This document shows positions 23,401 to 31,473 of a DNA stretch of 64,000 nt, in pieces. The DNA comes from an uncultured Acidimicrobiia bacterium. GTDB taxonomy: Bacteria > Actinomycetota > Acidimicrobiia > Acidimicrobiales > AC-14. The stretch is taken from the NCBI GenBank assembly GCA_963836205.1, contig CAWIIV010000024.1, positions 1-64,000 of the forward strand, written 5' to 3'. The stretch's first letter is position 1. The number at the start of each line of letters is the position of its first letter. The notes beneath the pieces are model-generated. The model made no database searches, was not told the DNA's origin, and saw only the letters and a program-made list of their open reading frames with translations. A program made the translations under genes and the position numbers.

Positions 23401-24009
23401 CTGGTCGAGGGTCGCGCCGGTGCCCGCGTCGGAGGACTCCGGTCGCCGGCCGCCTCCGCCCACCAGATCGACCAGAAGGGGGCCGATCTCGTCCAGGGCC
23501 AGGACCAGGTCGACCGCGCCGGCGGCCACCGCCGCGGTCGGCACCGCCTCCCCCTGGGCCACGACCGTCCCCCCGGCGGCCTTCACCGCCCGCGCCCCGG
23601 CAGCGCCGTCGCGGCCGCTGCCGGCGAGCACCACCGCCAGGGTCCGGCCGCCGTGGGTCTCGGCCAGCGATTCGAGGAGGACGTCGCACGGCCGGTCCTG
23701 GGGCCGCATGGACGGGACGATCGACAACGTCCCGTCGGGCAGGACCACCAGCCCGCTGGCCGGCGGGCACAGGACCACGTCGCCCGGTGCCAGCTGCTGG
23801 CCCTCGGCGGCCCAGCCCACGGGAAGGCGGATACGGCGGCGGAGGATCGACGCCAACGCCCGGCCCTGGTCGGACAGGTGCTGGAGCACGATCACCGGCG
23901 CCGGGAAGTCGGGCGGCAGGCTGCGCAGGACGGCGGCCAGGGAGTCGACGCCGCCCGTCGAGCCCACCACCGCGACCACGTCGAACGCCGGCTCTTCCAC
24001 CGTGCGCAC
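20296..24009 (-). CDS. Hybrid sensor histidine kinase: CheB methylesterase - PAS-like - GAF - HisKA - HATPase - REC - PAS - GAF
   Basis: CheB triad motifs GSTGG, LQH, GSGRDG; H-box FFANVSHEFRTPL; NLLSNALKFT, DTGAGI, GTGIGL; receiver VVDDN...DVMMP...KPF. Confidence 0.9.
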   Translation of the reverse strand: MRTVEEPAFDVVAVVGSTGGVDSLAAVLRSLPPDFPAPVIVLQHLSDQGRALASILRRRIRLPVGWAAEGQQLAPGDVVLCPPASGLVVLPDGTLSIVPSMRPQDRPCDVLLESLAETHGGRTLAVVLAGSGRDGAAGARAVKAAGGTVVAQGEAVPTAAVAAGAVDLVLALDEIGPLLVDLVGGGGRRPESSDAGTGATLDQVFVGGSEAAGFLRTVDWSATPLGPVGTWPASLATAVRTMLDSPLPVIVHWGPELVVLPNDASRRLLGADFARVVGRPLRDAWPDAWAVNGPAHADVLETGRPRMVEDAPFTVERRELFLTSALTALRGDQGGLAGTLSTALDTTERVLGRRRDEVVHRLQADAAGAATVADAAERAVAVLEADPGLVPFALVYLLDGTRSRAQLTASTGLLPGTVAAPRTVALADDDTVWPLATVARFASPAVVDDLADRLPGLRAGPYPEPPPGAVVLPLRPAHDERPAGVVVLGLSARRPLDPGYRGFLDQVAARLAEALTSARARQHERGRQEAQVEVERAKTEFFANVSHEFRTPLTLLLGPLEAALAHRDDLPPTVADDLQLAHRGAVRLLRMVQSLLDFSQVEVGRRRGSFEATDLSALTRDLVGVFGSAADAAGLRLIADCPPLPEPIWVDRVMWERIVSNLLSNALKFTLRGHVTVTLRLLPSHAELVVADTGAGIPESELPHVFERFRRVEGAVARTREGTGIGLSLVDDLVRLHHGRVRVRSQEGEGSTFTVWVPRGRRVDAGPPPDADVDPLSLARSHAEEARGWSAEPGHDLLDLDVGGVAPASWARVLVVDDNADLRTYLRRLLGRHWKVDVASDGAEARARLASSSPPDLVVADVMMPGVDGLTLLHEIRPEPRLRDLPVILLSARAGDDATVAGLEAGADDYIVKPFSARELVARVGAHLELSRMRRQRDKAVRTGDERLELAMAASGLVAFEWDTGARRLAFLGGDGRALFGLTGDGPVDVADEDELAAHLDRLDRTLTDGESATDEYSVRSAAGAVRWIRSVARPFPDDPRRLFGVAMDVTDRRTADERLTVATDRLLADVQALARFQELTARLPAASGRDELLTEVLDAAVELHRADGGTVCLYDPATGELEVVARRDTPDVDAADGPDVSYRVLQPDSAGTQSTPLVDRAGRPVGVLTTHTRHSHHRSDLELRLAELYVRQAVALVATTSGGAGTAAAATEEAAQQPADRVEEGDDQALADADEP

Positions 24010-24018
24010 CCTATTCAG

Positions 24019-24912
24019 TCATGCACCGAGGCGGTCCCGGGCCACCCGGTAGTGCTGCCAGTAACGGGCTCGGCCCGGGAGCAGTCGGAGGGTGGGCCGC
24101 ACCACCCGTCGCACGACGCCGTACGTCACCCGCCGCCCCCGTCCCCACGGGATACCGTACGCCTGCCGCACCGACGGCGGCAGGAGGCCCCCCGCGGCCA
24201 GCTCCATGGCCGGGCGGGTGAGCCACCGGGGACCGGCCACCTTGGCCCCGAAGATCCCGGCCGCGATGGCCCGGGCGTCGTCGCCGACGGCCAGGACCTC
24301 GTCCACCATGTGGCGGACATAGGCCAGGAAGTCGGCGTAGGTCGGCGGCAGCACCTCGTCGGTCACCGCGAACATCCGCCCGACCACCTTGTAGCGCTCG
24401 TAGTAGTCGGCCTTGACCTCGTCGGGGAGGGGGCCGACGAAGGCCTCGAACGAGCGCATGGCGGCCAGCACCAGGGTCGAGTGCACCCACAGGGCCAGCT
24501 CGGGGTCGTCGGCCCGGTACGACGGGCCCCGTACGTGGACGTGGCTTGCGGCCACCCCGGCCACCGCCGCCTCCGCCTGGTCGTGGTCGCCGAAGCCGAC
24601 GGTGAGCATGGTGTCGAGGGTGCGACGGAGGCGCCCGAGGGGATCGGACTCGAAGTCGCTGTGGTCGACGACGCCGGCCGCCACCGCCGGGTGGGCCACC
24701 TGGAGCAGGAGCGCAGCCGGCCCTCCGACCACGATCGCCTTCTCCCGACCGACCTGCCACACCGGCCCGTCGGGACCGACGACGCCCGGGTCACCGGGGG
24801 TGCCCGGGGGCAGGCCGGCGGGGAAGAGCGAGCGGAGGGCGGCGGTGGGCGTGGTGTTGAACCTACGCTCCGAACCGGGCTCGGGCGGACCGGGCGGAGG
24901 AGGGGTCGCCAT
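24019..24912 (-). CDS. Oxygenase MpaB family (DUF2236) protein; start uncertain
   Basis: GP....W.V.RE....GG..ALLLQ.AHP.VAAGV.DHS.F..DP.GRL.RT, Y.ADDPEL..WVH.TL. Confidence 0.88.
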   Translation of the reverse strand: MATPPPPGPPEPGSERRFNTTPTAALRSLFPAGLPPGTPGDPGVVGPDGPVWQVGREKAIVVGGPAALLLQVAHPAVAAGVVDHSDFESDPLGRLRRTLDTMLTVGFGDHDQAEAAVAGVAASHVHVRGPSYRADDPELALWVHSTLVLAAMRSFEAFVGPLPDEVKADYYERYKVVGRMFAVTDEVLPPTYADFLAYVRHMVDEVLAVGDDARAIAAGIFGAKVAGPRWLTRPAMELAAGGLLPPSVRQAYGIPWGRGRRVTYGVVRRVVRPTLRLLPGRARYWQHYRVARDRLGA

Positions 24913-25864
24913 GCCGTTCGAGTTCAAGGACCCGAAAGAGACCAAGCTCACCCTGCGGGTGGAGGGACCCAAGTCGTTCAGCGTGGTGCACGGGTTCACC
25001 TACGCCGACCAGTACGCCGACGGGGAGGCGTTCACCGTGCCCGACCAGTTCGGGCCCACCGACCTGGCGTCGGTGCCCTTCTTCCTCCAGTGGCTGGTCC
25101 TGAGCTACGGCAAGCACACCATGGCCGCCCTCGTGCACGACGTCTACTGGGACAACACCAAGACCCAGGCCGAGCTGCGCAAGGCCAACACCGCCTTCCG
25201 CCACGCGATGTGGGAATCGGACGTGCCCTTCGTCCGGCGCTGGTTCATGTGGACGGCGGTCACCCTGGGAATGCTCACCAAGTCGGGGAGCGGCCGGCTG
25301 CGGGTGGGGGTGTGGGCGCTGGCCCTCGTGAAGGCGGCCACCGCCCCGCTGGCGGCCCACGGCATCGTCCTGTCGTGGAAGGTGCCCCTCTGGGTGGCGC
25401 TGGTGGCGGGCATCATGGCCGCGGGAACGACGCTGGCCTGGGTGCTGGGTTCGAAGGCCATCGCCGGGATCAGCCGGAAGGTGGTGACCGGACTCATCGG
25501 CCTGCTGGCGGTCGTGTCCCTCGTCAGCCTGGTCGGGCACATCGAGTGGGTGGCCGACCACGGCTGGCTGGTGGCGGCCGTCGCCCTCGTGGTGGGGATC
25601 CTGGCGTGGGGCAAGCTGATCGCGGCGGGGATCTTCGGCACCGTGGAGGTGGTCGTCATCCTGCTGCCGATCCTCGCCATCGTCTTCGGCCTCCTCCTCT
25701 ACGGCGCCCTCGAGGTGGCCATGCTCGGGCTGCTGAAGCTGGGCCGGGCGGTGAAGGGCAAGTCGGGCAAGAAGCCGATCGGCACCCTCAACCCGGTGGC
25801 CAGCGACAACCTCCAGGCGCCGCCGCCCGCCCCCGACGCCCAGCTCAAGGCGTCGCAGGTGTGA
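24911..25864 (+). CDS. DUF1353 domain protein with C-terminal multi-TM region
   Basis: FTVP..F..TDLASVP....W....YGKH..AAL.HD..Y motif, then about 6 TM helices; RBS GGAGGAGGGG upstream. Confidence 0.85.
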   Translation: MPFEFKDPKETKLTLRVEGPKSFSVVHGFTYADQYADGEAFTVPDQFGPTDLASVPFFLQWLVLSYGKHTMAALVHDVYWDNTKTQAELRKANTAFRHAMWESDVPFVRRWFMWTAVTLGMLTKSGSGRLRVGVWALALVKAATAPLAAHGIVLSWKVPLWVALVAGIMAAGTTLAWVLGSKAIAGISRKVVTGLIGLLAVVSLVSLVGHIEWVADHGWLVAAVALVVGILAWGKLIAAGIFGTVEVVVILLPILAIVFGLLLYGALEVAMLGLLKLGRAVKGKSGKKPIGTLNPVASDNLQAPPPAPDAQLKASQV

Positions 25865-26891
25865 CGTCGACCTCGACGTCGATGAGGACCTTGCCCACCG
25901 CGCCGGCCTCGACCGCGGCGTGGGCGTCGGCGGTCCGTTCGAGGGGGAAGCGGTGGAGGCGCAGGCCCGCGTCCTCGCCCACGCCGAGGACGCCGGCCGA
26001 GACCGCGGCCGACACGTCGCGCACCGCCCGCCGCTTGGCCTCGTCGGGCATGGTGTAGACGAGGATGAACTGGTACCGGACGTTGCCCGTCATCGACGGC
26101 CGCACCGGGACGGGAAGGGGATCGTCGCCCTCGCTGGCGTAGATGGCCACCGTGCCATGGCGGGCGACGACGGCGGCGTCGAGGTCGGCGTTGGCCACCG
26201 GGGCGACTTCGACAACGATGTCGACGCCGTCGGGGGCGACGGCCCGGATGGCCTCGACGGCGTCGTCGGCGCGGTAGTTGACCACGTGGTGAGCGCCCGC
26301 GGCCCGGGCCAGGGCGGCCTTCTCGGGGGAGCTGACCGTGGTGACGACGGTGGCGCCCGACCACCGGGCGAGCTGGATGGCGGCGTGGCCCACCGCTCCC
26401 GCCCCGCCCGCGACCAGGACGGTGCCGCCCCCGAGCGTCTCCGGACCCAGGCTGCGGGGCCCCCCGTCGGCCACCGTGAGGGCCCGATGGGCGGTGATGG
26501 CGGGGATGCCCAGGCTGGCGCCCACCTCGAACGGCGTGGCCGCGGGCAGGGTGACGGCGTGGTCCCCGGGGATGGCGAGCAGTTCCTGGGCGGTGCCCTC
26601 CGACCGCCGGTAGGCCGCCTCCCACAGCCACACCCGCTCGCCCACCCGGGTCGACTCGACGCTCGGACCGACGGCCACGATGGTGCCGGCCCCGTCCTGG
26701 TTGGGGACGGTCTCCGGCGACCGGGTGGGCTCGCCCGGCTTCGACCCCTTGCGCACCTTCCAGTCGGTGGGGTTGACGCCCGACACCGCCACCCGCACCA
26801 CCACCTCGCCCGGCCCCGCCTCCGGCTCGGCCCGATCGACGAGACGCAACACCTCGGGCCCCCCCGTCTCGCTGTAGATGACGGCTCTCAT
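25845..26891 (-). CDS. NADPH:quinone reductase (MDR/zeta-crystallin family)
   Basis: GVNPTDWK.R, P.QDGAG, VLVAGGAGAVG..AIQLA, GKVL. Confidence 0.92.
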   Translation of the reverse strand: MRAVIYSETGGPEVLRLVDRAEPEAGPGEVVVRVAVSGVNPTDWKVRKGSKPGEPTRSPETVPNQDGAGTIVAVGPSVESTRVGERVWLWEAAYRRSEGTAQELLAIPGDHAVTLPAATPFEVGASLGIPAITAHRALTVADGGPRSLGPETLGGGTVLVAGGAGAVGHAAIQLARWSGATVVTTVSSPEKAALARAAGAHHVVNYRADDAVEAIRAVAPDGVDIVVEVAPVANADLDAAVVARHGTVAIYASEGDDPLPVPVRPSMTGNVRYQFILVYTMPDEAKRRAVRDVSAAVSAGVLGVGEDAGLRLHRFPLERTADAHAAVEAGAVGKVLIDVEVDVTPATP

Positions 26892-26919
26892 GGCAAGAAC
26901 GTCGGCGGCTCTAAACCGA

Positions 26920-27192
26920 TCAGGCCGAGAGAAGGTGCGCCCGCCGGAGCGCGTCTGCGTACTCGACGGGATCGCCCGGGAGGAGATCGAGGTGGACCTT
27001 GATACCGCTCGGTCGCTCCGTCAGTGACACGATCCGCGCCAGCACGGGATCGACTTCGTCACCGGTCACCACGATCGCTCCGGCGGTGATCCGGGTCGGG
27101 TCACGCGCCTCGTCGAGGAAGGTCCAGACAAAGCCGGTGCCGTCGACCTGCTGCACGTCGCAGGGGATATCGATCTCGACGCCCCGGGTCAT
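26920..27192 (-). CDS. Small hypothetical protein (90 aa), translationally coupled to the upstream gene
   Basis: ATGA start/stop overlap at 27189-27192; compact globular-looking sequence (DIPCDVQQVDGTGFVWTFLDEARDP). Confidence 0.7.
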   Translation of the reverse strand: MTRGVEIDIPCDVQQVDGTGFVWTFLDEARDPTRITAGAIVVTGDEVDPVLARIVSLTERPSGIKVHLDLLPGDPVEYADALRRAHLLSA

Positions 27193-27609
27193 GGGGATCG
27201 CTTCCTCCCGTGTTTGAACGGATTGTCCTCAGGCGTGCCGAGGACCCTGACCAGTCTGGCAGCCTCGGTCAGTGTCGCGTCCGCCAGGACGATGTCGAAG
27301 TGTGGTGCCGCGTGCGTAGGCAGGATCTCGAAGCCGCCAGCGCGCACCTCGGCAATCGTCGCGGTGGCGAACGTCGAACGTGACCACATCCGCTCCCGAA
27401 GCAAAGAGCTCGACAGTCCAACCCGCCACCGTCCCATCGACGCTGATCGAGGCCATTGGAACGCCTCGCCAGCTGAACTCCCGCATCTGCCGAGCGGCGT
27501 GACGGGTGATCGCCTCGCCGGTGATCGGTCCTCCTCGGAGGAGGAGGACGGCACCGTCGGCCGGAGCTCCTCGGCGCAGGTGCGATTCGATCGGCTCCAG
27601 CGCAGTCAC
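27189..27609 (-). CDS. Small hypothetical protein (~139 aa, one frameshift), possible toxin-like fold
   Basis: Joins 27229..27609 (LLRGG...SISVD) to 27189..27554 (VRAGGFEILPTHAAPHFDIVL...NP) by removing one C near 27407. Confidence 0.6.
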
Positions 27610-27709
27610 GACTCACCCTCCGCCGCACGCCGGTCCAGGGTCCGTCGCCGGCCCGGGCCGTTCCCTCCAATGTCGTCGGTCACCCGTAGATCTTCTATCG
27701 TCCCGCGCC

Positions 27710-28069
27710 ATGAGACGTGCAGCCCGAGTCGCCCTGTCCACCACCCTGGCCGCCGTGGTGGCGGTGGGCCTCTCGGCGTGCGGCGGCACCAAGGAAGTGG
27801 ACCGCACCGTGACCGTGGCCGTCGTCGACGGCGGGATCGGTTTCACCCCCCTCACGATTTCCGTCGTCAAGCGGAACCGGGTCGAGCTTCACGTGAGCAA
27901 CACCACCTCCGAGGTCCACGGGTTCAGCATCGAGGGCTATGGCATCCAGGAAGAGGTCAAGCCGGGGGAGCCGCTCGAGGTGAAGTTCACCGCCACCAAC
28001 GCCGGCACCTACAAGGTGTACTGCCAGTTGCACCCCGACCATGAGACGGCCACCCTCGCCGTGGGGTGA
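27710..28069 (+). CDS. Cupredoxin-domain lipoprotein
   Basis: Lipobox GLSA-C; F.P..I.V, VHGFSI, GTYKVYCQLHPDH copper-ligand pattern. Confidence 0.88.
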   Translation: MRRAARVALSTTLAAVVAVGLSACGGTKEVDRTVTVAVVDGGIGFTPLTISVVKRNRVELHVSNTTSEVHGFSIEGYGIQEEVKPGEPLEVKFTATNAGTYKVYCQLHPDHETATLAVG

Positions 28070-28109
28070 CCAGCGCGGGCGAATCCGAACCCCGTTAGCC
28101 TCAGCTTCG

Positions 28110-29186
28110 GTGAACGTCTTCGACCGGATCGCCGTCGACGACTACGAGCAGGTGGTGTTCTGCCACGACGGCGACACCGGCCTGAGGGCCATCGTCGCCA
28201 TCCACTCCACCACGCTCGGGCCGGCCCTCGGCGGCACCCGCTTCTACCCCTACGGCAGCGAGGACGAGGCCCTGGAGGACGTCCTCCGCCTGGCCAAGGG
28301 GATGACCTACAAGGCGGCCGCCGCCGGGCTCGACCTCGGTGGCGGCAAGGCCGTCATCGTGGGCGACCCCTCGGTCGACAAGTCGGAGGCCCTGCTGCGG
28401 ACCTACGCCCGCTACGTCGACTCCCTGGGCGGTCGCTACATCACCGCCGAGGACGTGGGCACGACCCAGGCCGACATGGACACGATCCGCCGGGAGACCC
28501 CCTTCGTCACCGGCGTCAGCCAGGAGCTGGGTGGCTCGGGCGATCCGTCCGCCGCCACCGCGTACGGGGTGCTCTGGGCCATGAAGGCGGTGGCCCGCCG
28601 GCTGTGGGGCCACACCACCCTGGCCGACGCCCACGTCGCCGTGTCCGGCGTGGGCAAGGTGGGCACCCATCTCGTCCGCCACCTGGTGGAGGAACGGGCC
28701 CGGGTGACGGTGGCCGACGTCGACGCCGCCGCGGTGGCTCGCGTCGTCGGTGACTACGACGTGGAGTCGGTCGAGGTGGAGAAGATCCACGCCCTCGACG
28801 CCGACATCTATTCTCCGTGTGCCATGGGTAGGGCGTTGGACTCGACCACGATCCCCGAGCTGCGCTGCGCGGCGGTCGTCGGCTCGGCCAACAACCAGCT
28901 GGCGACGCCCGACGGCGACGAGCTGCTCCACCGCTTGGGGGTCGTCTACGCCCCCGACTACGTCGTCAATGCCGGCGGTGTCATCAACATCGCCAGCGAG
29001 CTCTCCCACCGGGGCTACCACCCGGGGCGAGCCTACGAACAGGTCCGGCGGATCTTCGACACGGTGGGAACGGTGCTCGACGCCGCTGCGGCCGAGGGGA
29101 TCCCCACCGGTGCCGCCGCCGACCGCTTCGCCGAGGGCCGAATCCAGCGCTTGCGGCACGTCCACGAGATCCGGACTTTCGGGTAA
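28110..29186 (+). CDS. Leucine/valine dehydrogenase (Glu/Leu/Phe/Val dehydrogenase family)
   Basis: IAIHST.LGPALGGTR-type N-terminus, LRLAKGMTYK, GGGKAVI, YITAEDVGT, GVGKVG, ANNQL, PDYVVNAGGVI. Confidence 0.93.
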   Translation: MNVFDRIAVDDYEQVVFCHDGDTGLRAIVAIHSTTLGPALGGTRFYPYGSEDEALEDVLRLAKGMTYKAAAAGLDLGGGKAVIVGDPSVDKSEALLRTYARYVDSLGGRYITAEDVGTTQADMDTIRRETPFVTGVSQELGGSGDPSAATAYGVLWAMKAVARRLWGHTTLADAHVAVSGVGKVGTHLVRHLVEERARVTVADVDAAAVARVVGDYDVESVEVEKIHALDADIYSPCAMGRALDSTTIPELRCAAVVGSANNQLATPDGDELLHRLGVVYAPDYVVNAGGVINIASELSHRGYHPGRAYEQVRRIFDTVGTVLDAAAAEGIPTGAAADRFAEGRIQRLRHVHEIRTFG

Positions 29187-29201
29187 CGGAGGCGGGTACT
29201 G

Positions 29202-31298
29202 ATGGCGAAGGTTTTCGACGAGGAGCGCACGTCACGCAACCCGGTTCCCGACCGGCACACGGAGTTGGGGCTCTCGGGCGAAGACGTCGTGGCCATGTAC
29301 CGCACCGCGCTGCTGGCCCGCACCCTCGACCAGCGCATGTGGAGCCTCAACCGCCAGGGCCGGGCCCGGTTCGTGATCAGCGGCCAGGGCCAGGAGGGCA
29401 CCCAGGTGGGCTCGGCGTGGGCGCTGCGCGCCGGCTACGACATCGCCCTGCCCTACTACCGCGACTTCGGCGTGGTGCTGGCCCTCGGGATGACCCCCTA
29501 CGAGGTGTTCCTGGCCGTGCTGGCCCGGGCCGACGACCCCAACTCGGGCGGCCGGCAGATGCCCAACCACTGGGGGTGCAAGCGGCTGAACATCATCACC
29601 GGGTCGTCGCCCATCGCCACCCAGTTACCCCACGCCGCGGGGCTGGCCCAGGCGTCCGTCATCCGGGGCGACGACCGGGTGGCGGTGAGCTGGTTCGGGG
29701 AGGCGGCCTCGTCGAAGGGCGACTTCCACGAGGCGCTCAACTACGCCGGCGTGCACCGCCTGCCGGTGGTGTTCGTGTGCGAGAACAACCAGTACGCCAT
29801 CTCGGTGACGATGGACATGCAGTCGGCCGTGCCCGACGTCGCCGCCCGGGCCTCGTCCTACGGCATGCCGGGCGCGATCGTCGACGGCAACGACACCCTC
29901 GACGTCTACGGGGCGGTGCGGTCGGCGGTGGCCCGGGCCCGAGCGGGCGGCGGACCGTCGCTGGTCGAGTGCAAGACCTACCGCCTCCTGCCCCACACGT
30001 CCGACGACGACGATCGCCGCTACCGCAGTCCGGAGGAGGTGCAGGAGTGGCGGGAGCGTGACCCGCTGCCCCGCCTGCGCCGGTACCTGCTCGGACGGGG
30101 CCTGCTGTCGGCGGAGGATGCCGACGGGCTGGAGCTGGGGGTTCGGGCCGAGATCGAGGAGGCGGCCCGGAGGGCGGAAGCGGCCCCGCCGCCCGAGGCG
30201 GAGACTGCGTACCGGCGGGTCTACTCCCGCCCGCTGCGGCCGACCCCGGGGGTGCCGGTTGCGCTCGACGAGGCGCCGGCGCGGGGGCCGGCGCCGCCGC
30301 TGCGCCCGGCCACGGGGGTCGTGCGCACCGTCCTCGACACCGTCCGCCAGACGTTGCACGACCTCATGGACGAGGACGAGCGGGTGGTGGTCCTGGGCGA
30401 GGACGTGGGCGTGCTGGGCGGCGTCTTCCGGGCCACCGACGGGCTGTACTCGGCCTTCGGGCCGTCACGGGTGATCGACACGCCCCTCGCCGAGTCGTCG
30501 ATCGTGGGCATCGGCATCGGGCTGGCCCTGGCCGGGCTGCGTCCGGTGGTGGAGATCCAGTTCGCCGACTTCATGCACGCCGCCTTCGACCAGCTGGTGA
30601 GCGAGGCGGCCAAGATCCACTACCGGTCGAACGGCGACTTCCACGTCCCCCTGGTGGTGCGGGCGCCGTGGGGCGGCGGTGGGCACCGGGGGCCGTACCA
30701 CTCCCAGGCCATCGAGGCCTTCTTCGCCCACGTGGCCGGGCTCAAGGTGGTGTGCCCGTCCACCCCTGCCGACGTGGCCGGGATGCTGCGGGAGGCGATC
30801 GAGGACCCCGACCCGGTGCTGTTCCTCGAGCACAAGAAGACGTACCGGCGCATCTCCGGGCTGGTGCCGGGGGGCGACTGGCGGGTGCCCATCGGCCTGG
30901 CCGAGGTGGCCCGTCCGGGCGAAGACCTCACGCTGGTGACCTACGGGTTGCACCGTCATCTGTCGCTGGAGGCGGCCGAGGCCCTCGACGAGGAGGGGTA
31001 CTCGGTCGAGGTGATCGACCTGCGCACGATCTCGCCCTTGGACCGCGACACGGTGCTGGGGTCGGTCTCGCGCACCGGGCGGCTGCTGGTGGTCCACGAG
31101 GACAACGTGAGCTACGGGGTGGGCGCGGAGGTGGCCGCCATGGTGGCCCAAGAGGCGTTCTACGACCTCGACGCCCCCGTCCGCCGCCTGGCCATGCCCG
31201 ACGTCCCCGCCATGCCCTACGAGGTCACCCTGGAAGCGGCGCTGACGATCGGGGTCGAGGCCATCAAGAACGCCGCCCGGGACTTGATCGAACACTGA
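29202..31298 (+). CDS. 2-oxoisovalerate (branched-chain 2-oxoacid) dehydrogenase E1, fused alpha/beta subunits
   Basis: Alpha: PYYRD, GRQMPNHW, GE..SS.GDFHE.LN.A...ENN.YAIS, HTSDDD. Beta: GEDVG..GGVFRAT.GL, DTPLAES, EIQFADF, HSQ, DLRT..PLD. Directly follows leucine dehydrogenase. Confidence 0.92.
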   Translation: MAKVFDEERTSRNPVPDRHTELGLSGEDVVAMYRTALLARTLDQRMWSLNRQGRARFVISGQGQEGTQVGSAWALRAGYDIALPYYRDFGVVLALGMTPYEVFLAVLARADDPNSGGRQMPNHWGCKRLNIITGSSPIATQLPHAAGLAQASVIRGDDRVAVSWFGEAASSKGDFHEALNYAGVHRLPVVFVCENNQYAISVTMDMQSAVPDVAARASSYGMPGAIVDGNDTLDVYGAVRSAVARARAGGGPSLVECKTYRLLPHTSDDDDRRYRSPEEVQEWRERDPLPRLRRYLLGRGLLSAEDADGLELGVRAEIEEAARRAEAAPPPEAETAYRRVYSRPLRPTPGVPVALDEAPARGPAPPLRPATGVVRTVLDTVRQTLHDLMDEDERVVVLGEDVGVLGGVFRATDGLYSAFGPSRVIDTPLAESSIVGIGIGLALAGLRPVVEIQFADFMHAAFDQLVSEAAKIHYRSNGDFHVPLVVRAPWGGGGHRGPYHSQAIEAFFAHVAGLKVVCPSTPADVAGMLREAIEDPDPVLFLEHKKTYRRISGLVPGGDWRVPIGLAEVARPGEDLTLVTYGLHRHLSLEAAEALDEEGYSVEVIDLRTISPLDRDTVLGSVSRTGRLLVVHEDNVSYGVGAEVAAMVAQEAFYDLDAPVRRLAMPDVPAMPYEVTLEAALTIGVEAIKNAARDLIEH

Positions 31299-31401
31299 AC
31301 CCTCCACTCCTCGCGGAGTGGACACCCCCTGCGGGTGAGGGCTCGGCGGGGCCAGCCGGTACCGTCGACTTCCCAGACCGACGCGTGGTTGGCCGGTCTG
31401 G

Positions 31402-31415
31402 TATCCTATAGGATA
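31402..31415. promoter_or_regulatory. AT-rich perfect palindrome upstream of the AbiEi-like gene (candidate operator overlapping a -10)
   Basis: TATCCTATAGGATA is its own reverse complement and is conspicuous in very GC-rich DNA; about 60 bp before the start. Confidence 0.45.
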
Positions 31416-31473
31416 TCCTGAAAAGGTACGACGCTTCCTCCAATGGCCCAGCGGTATGGCGCGAGGGGTGTGG

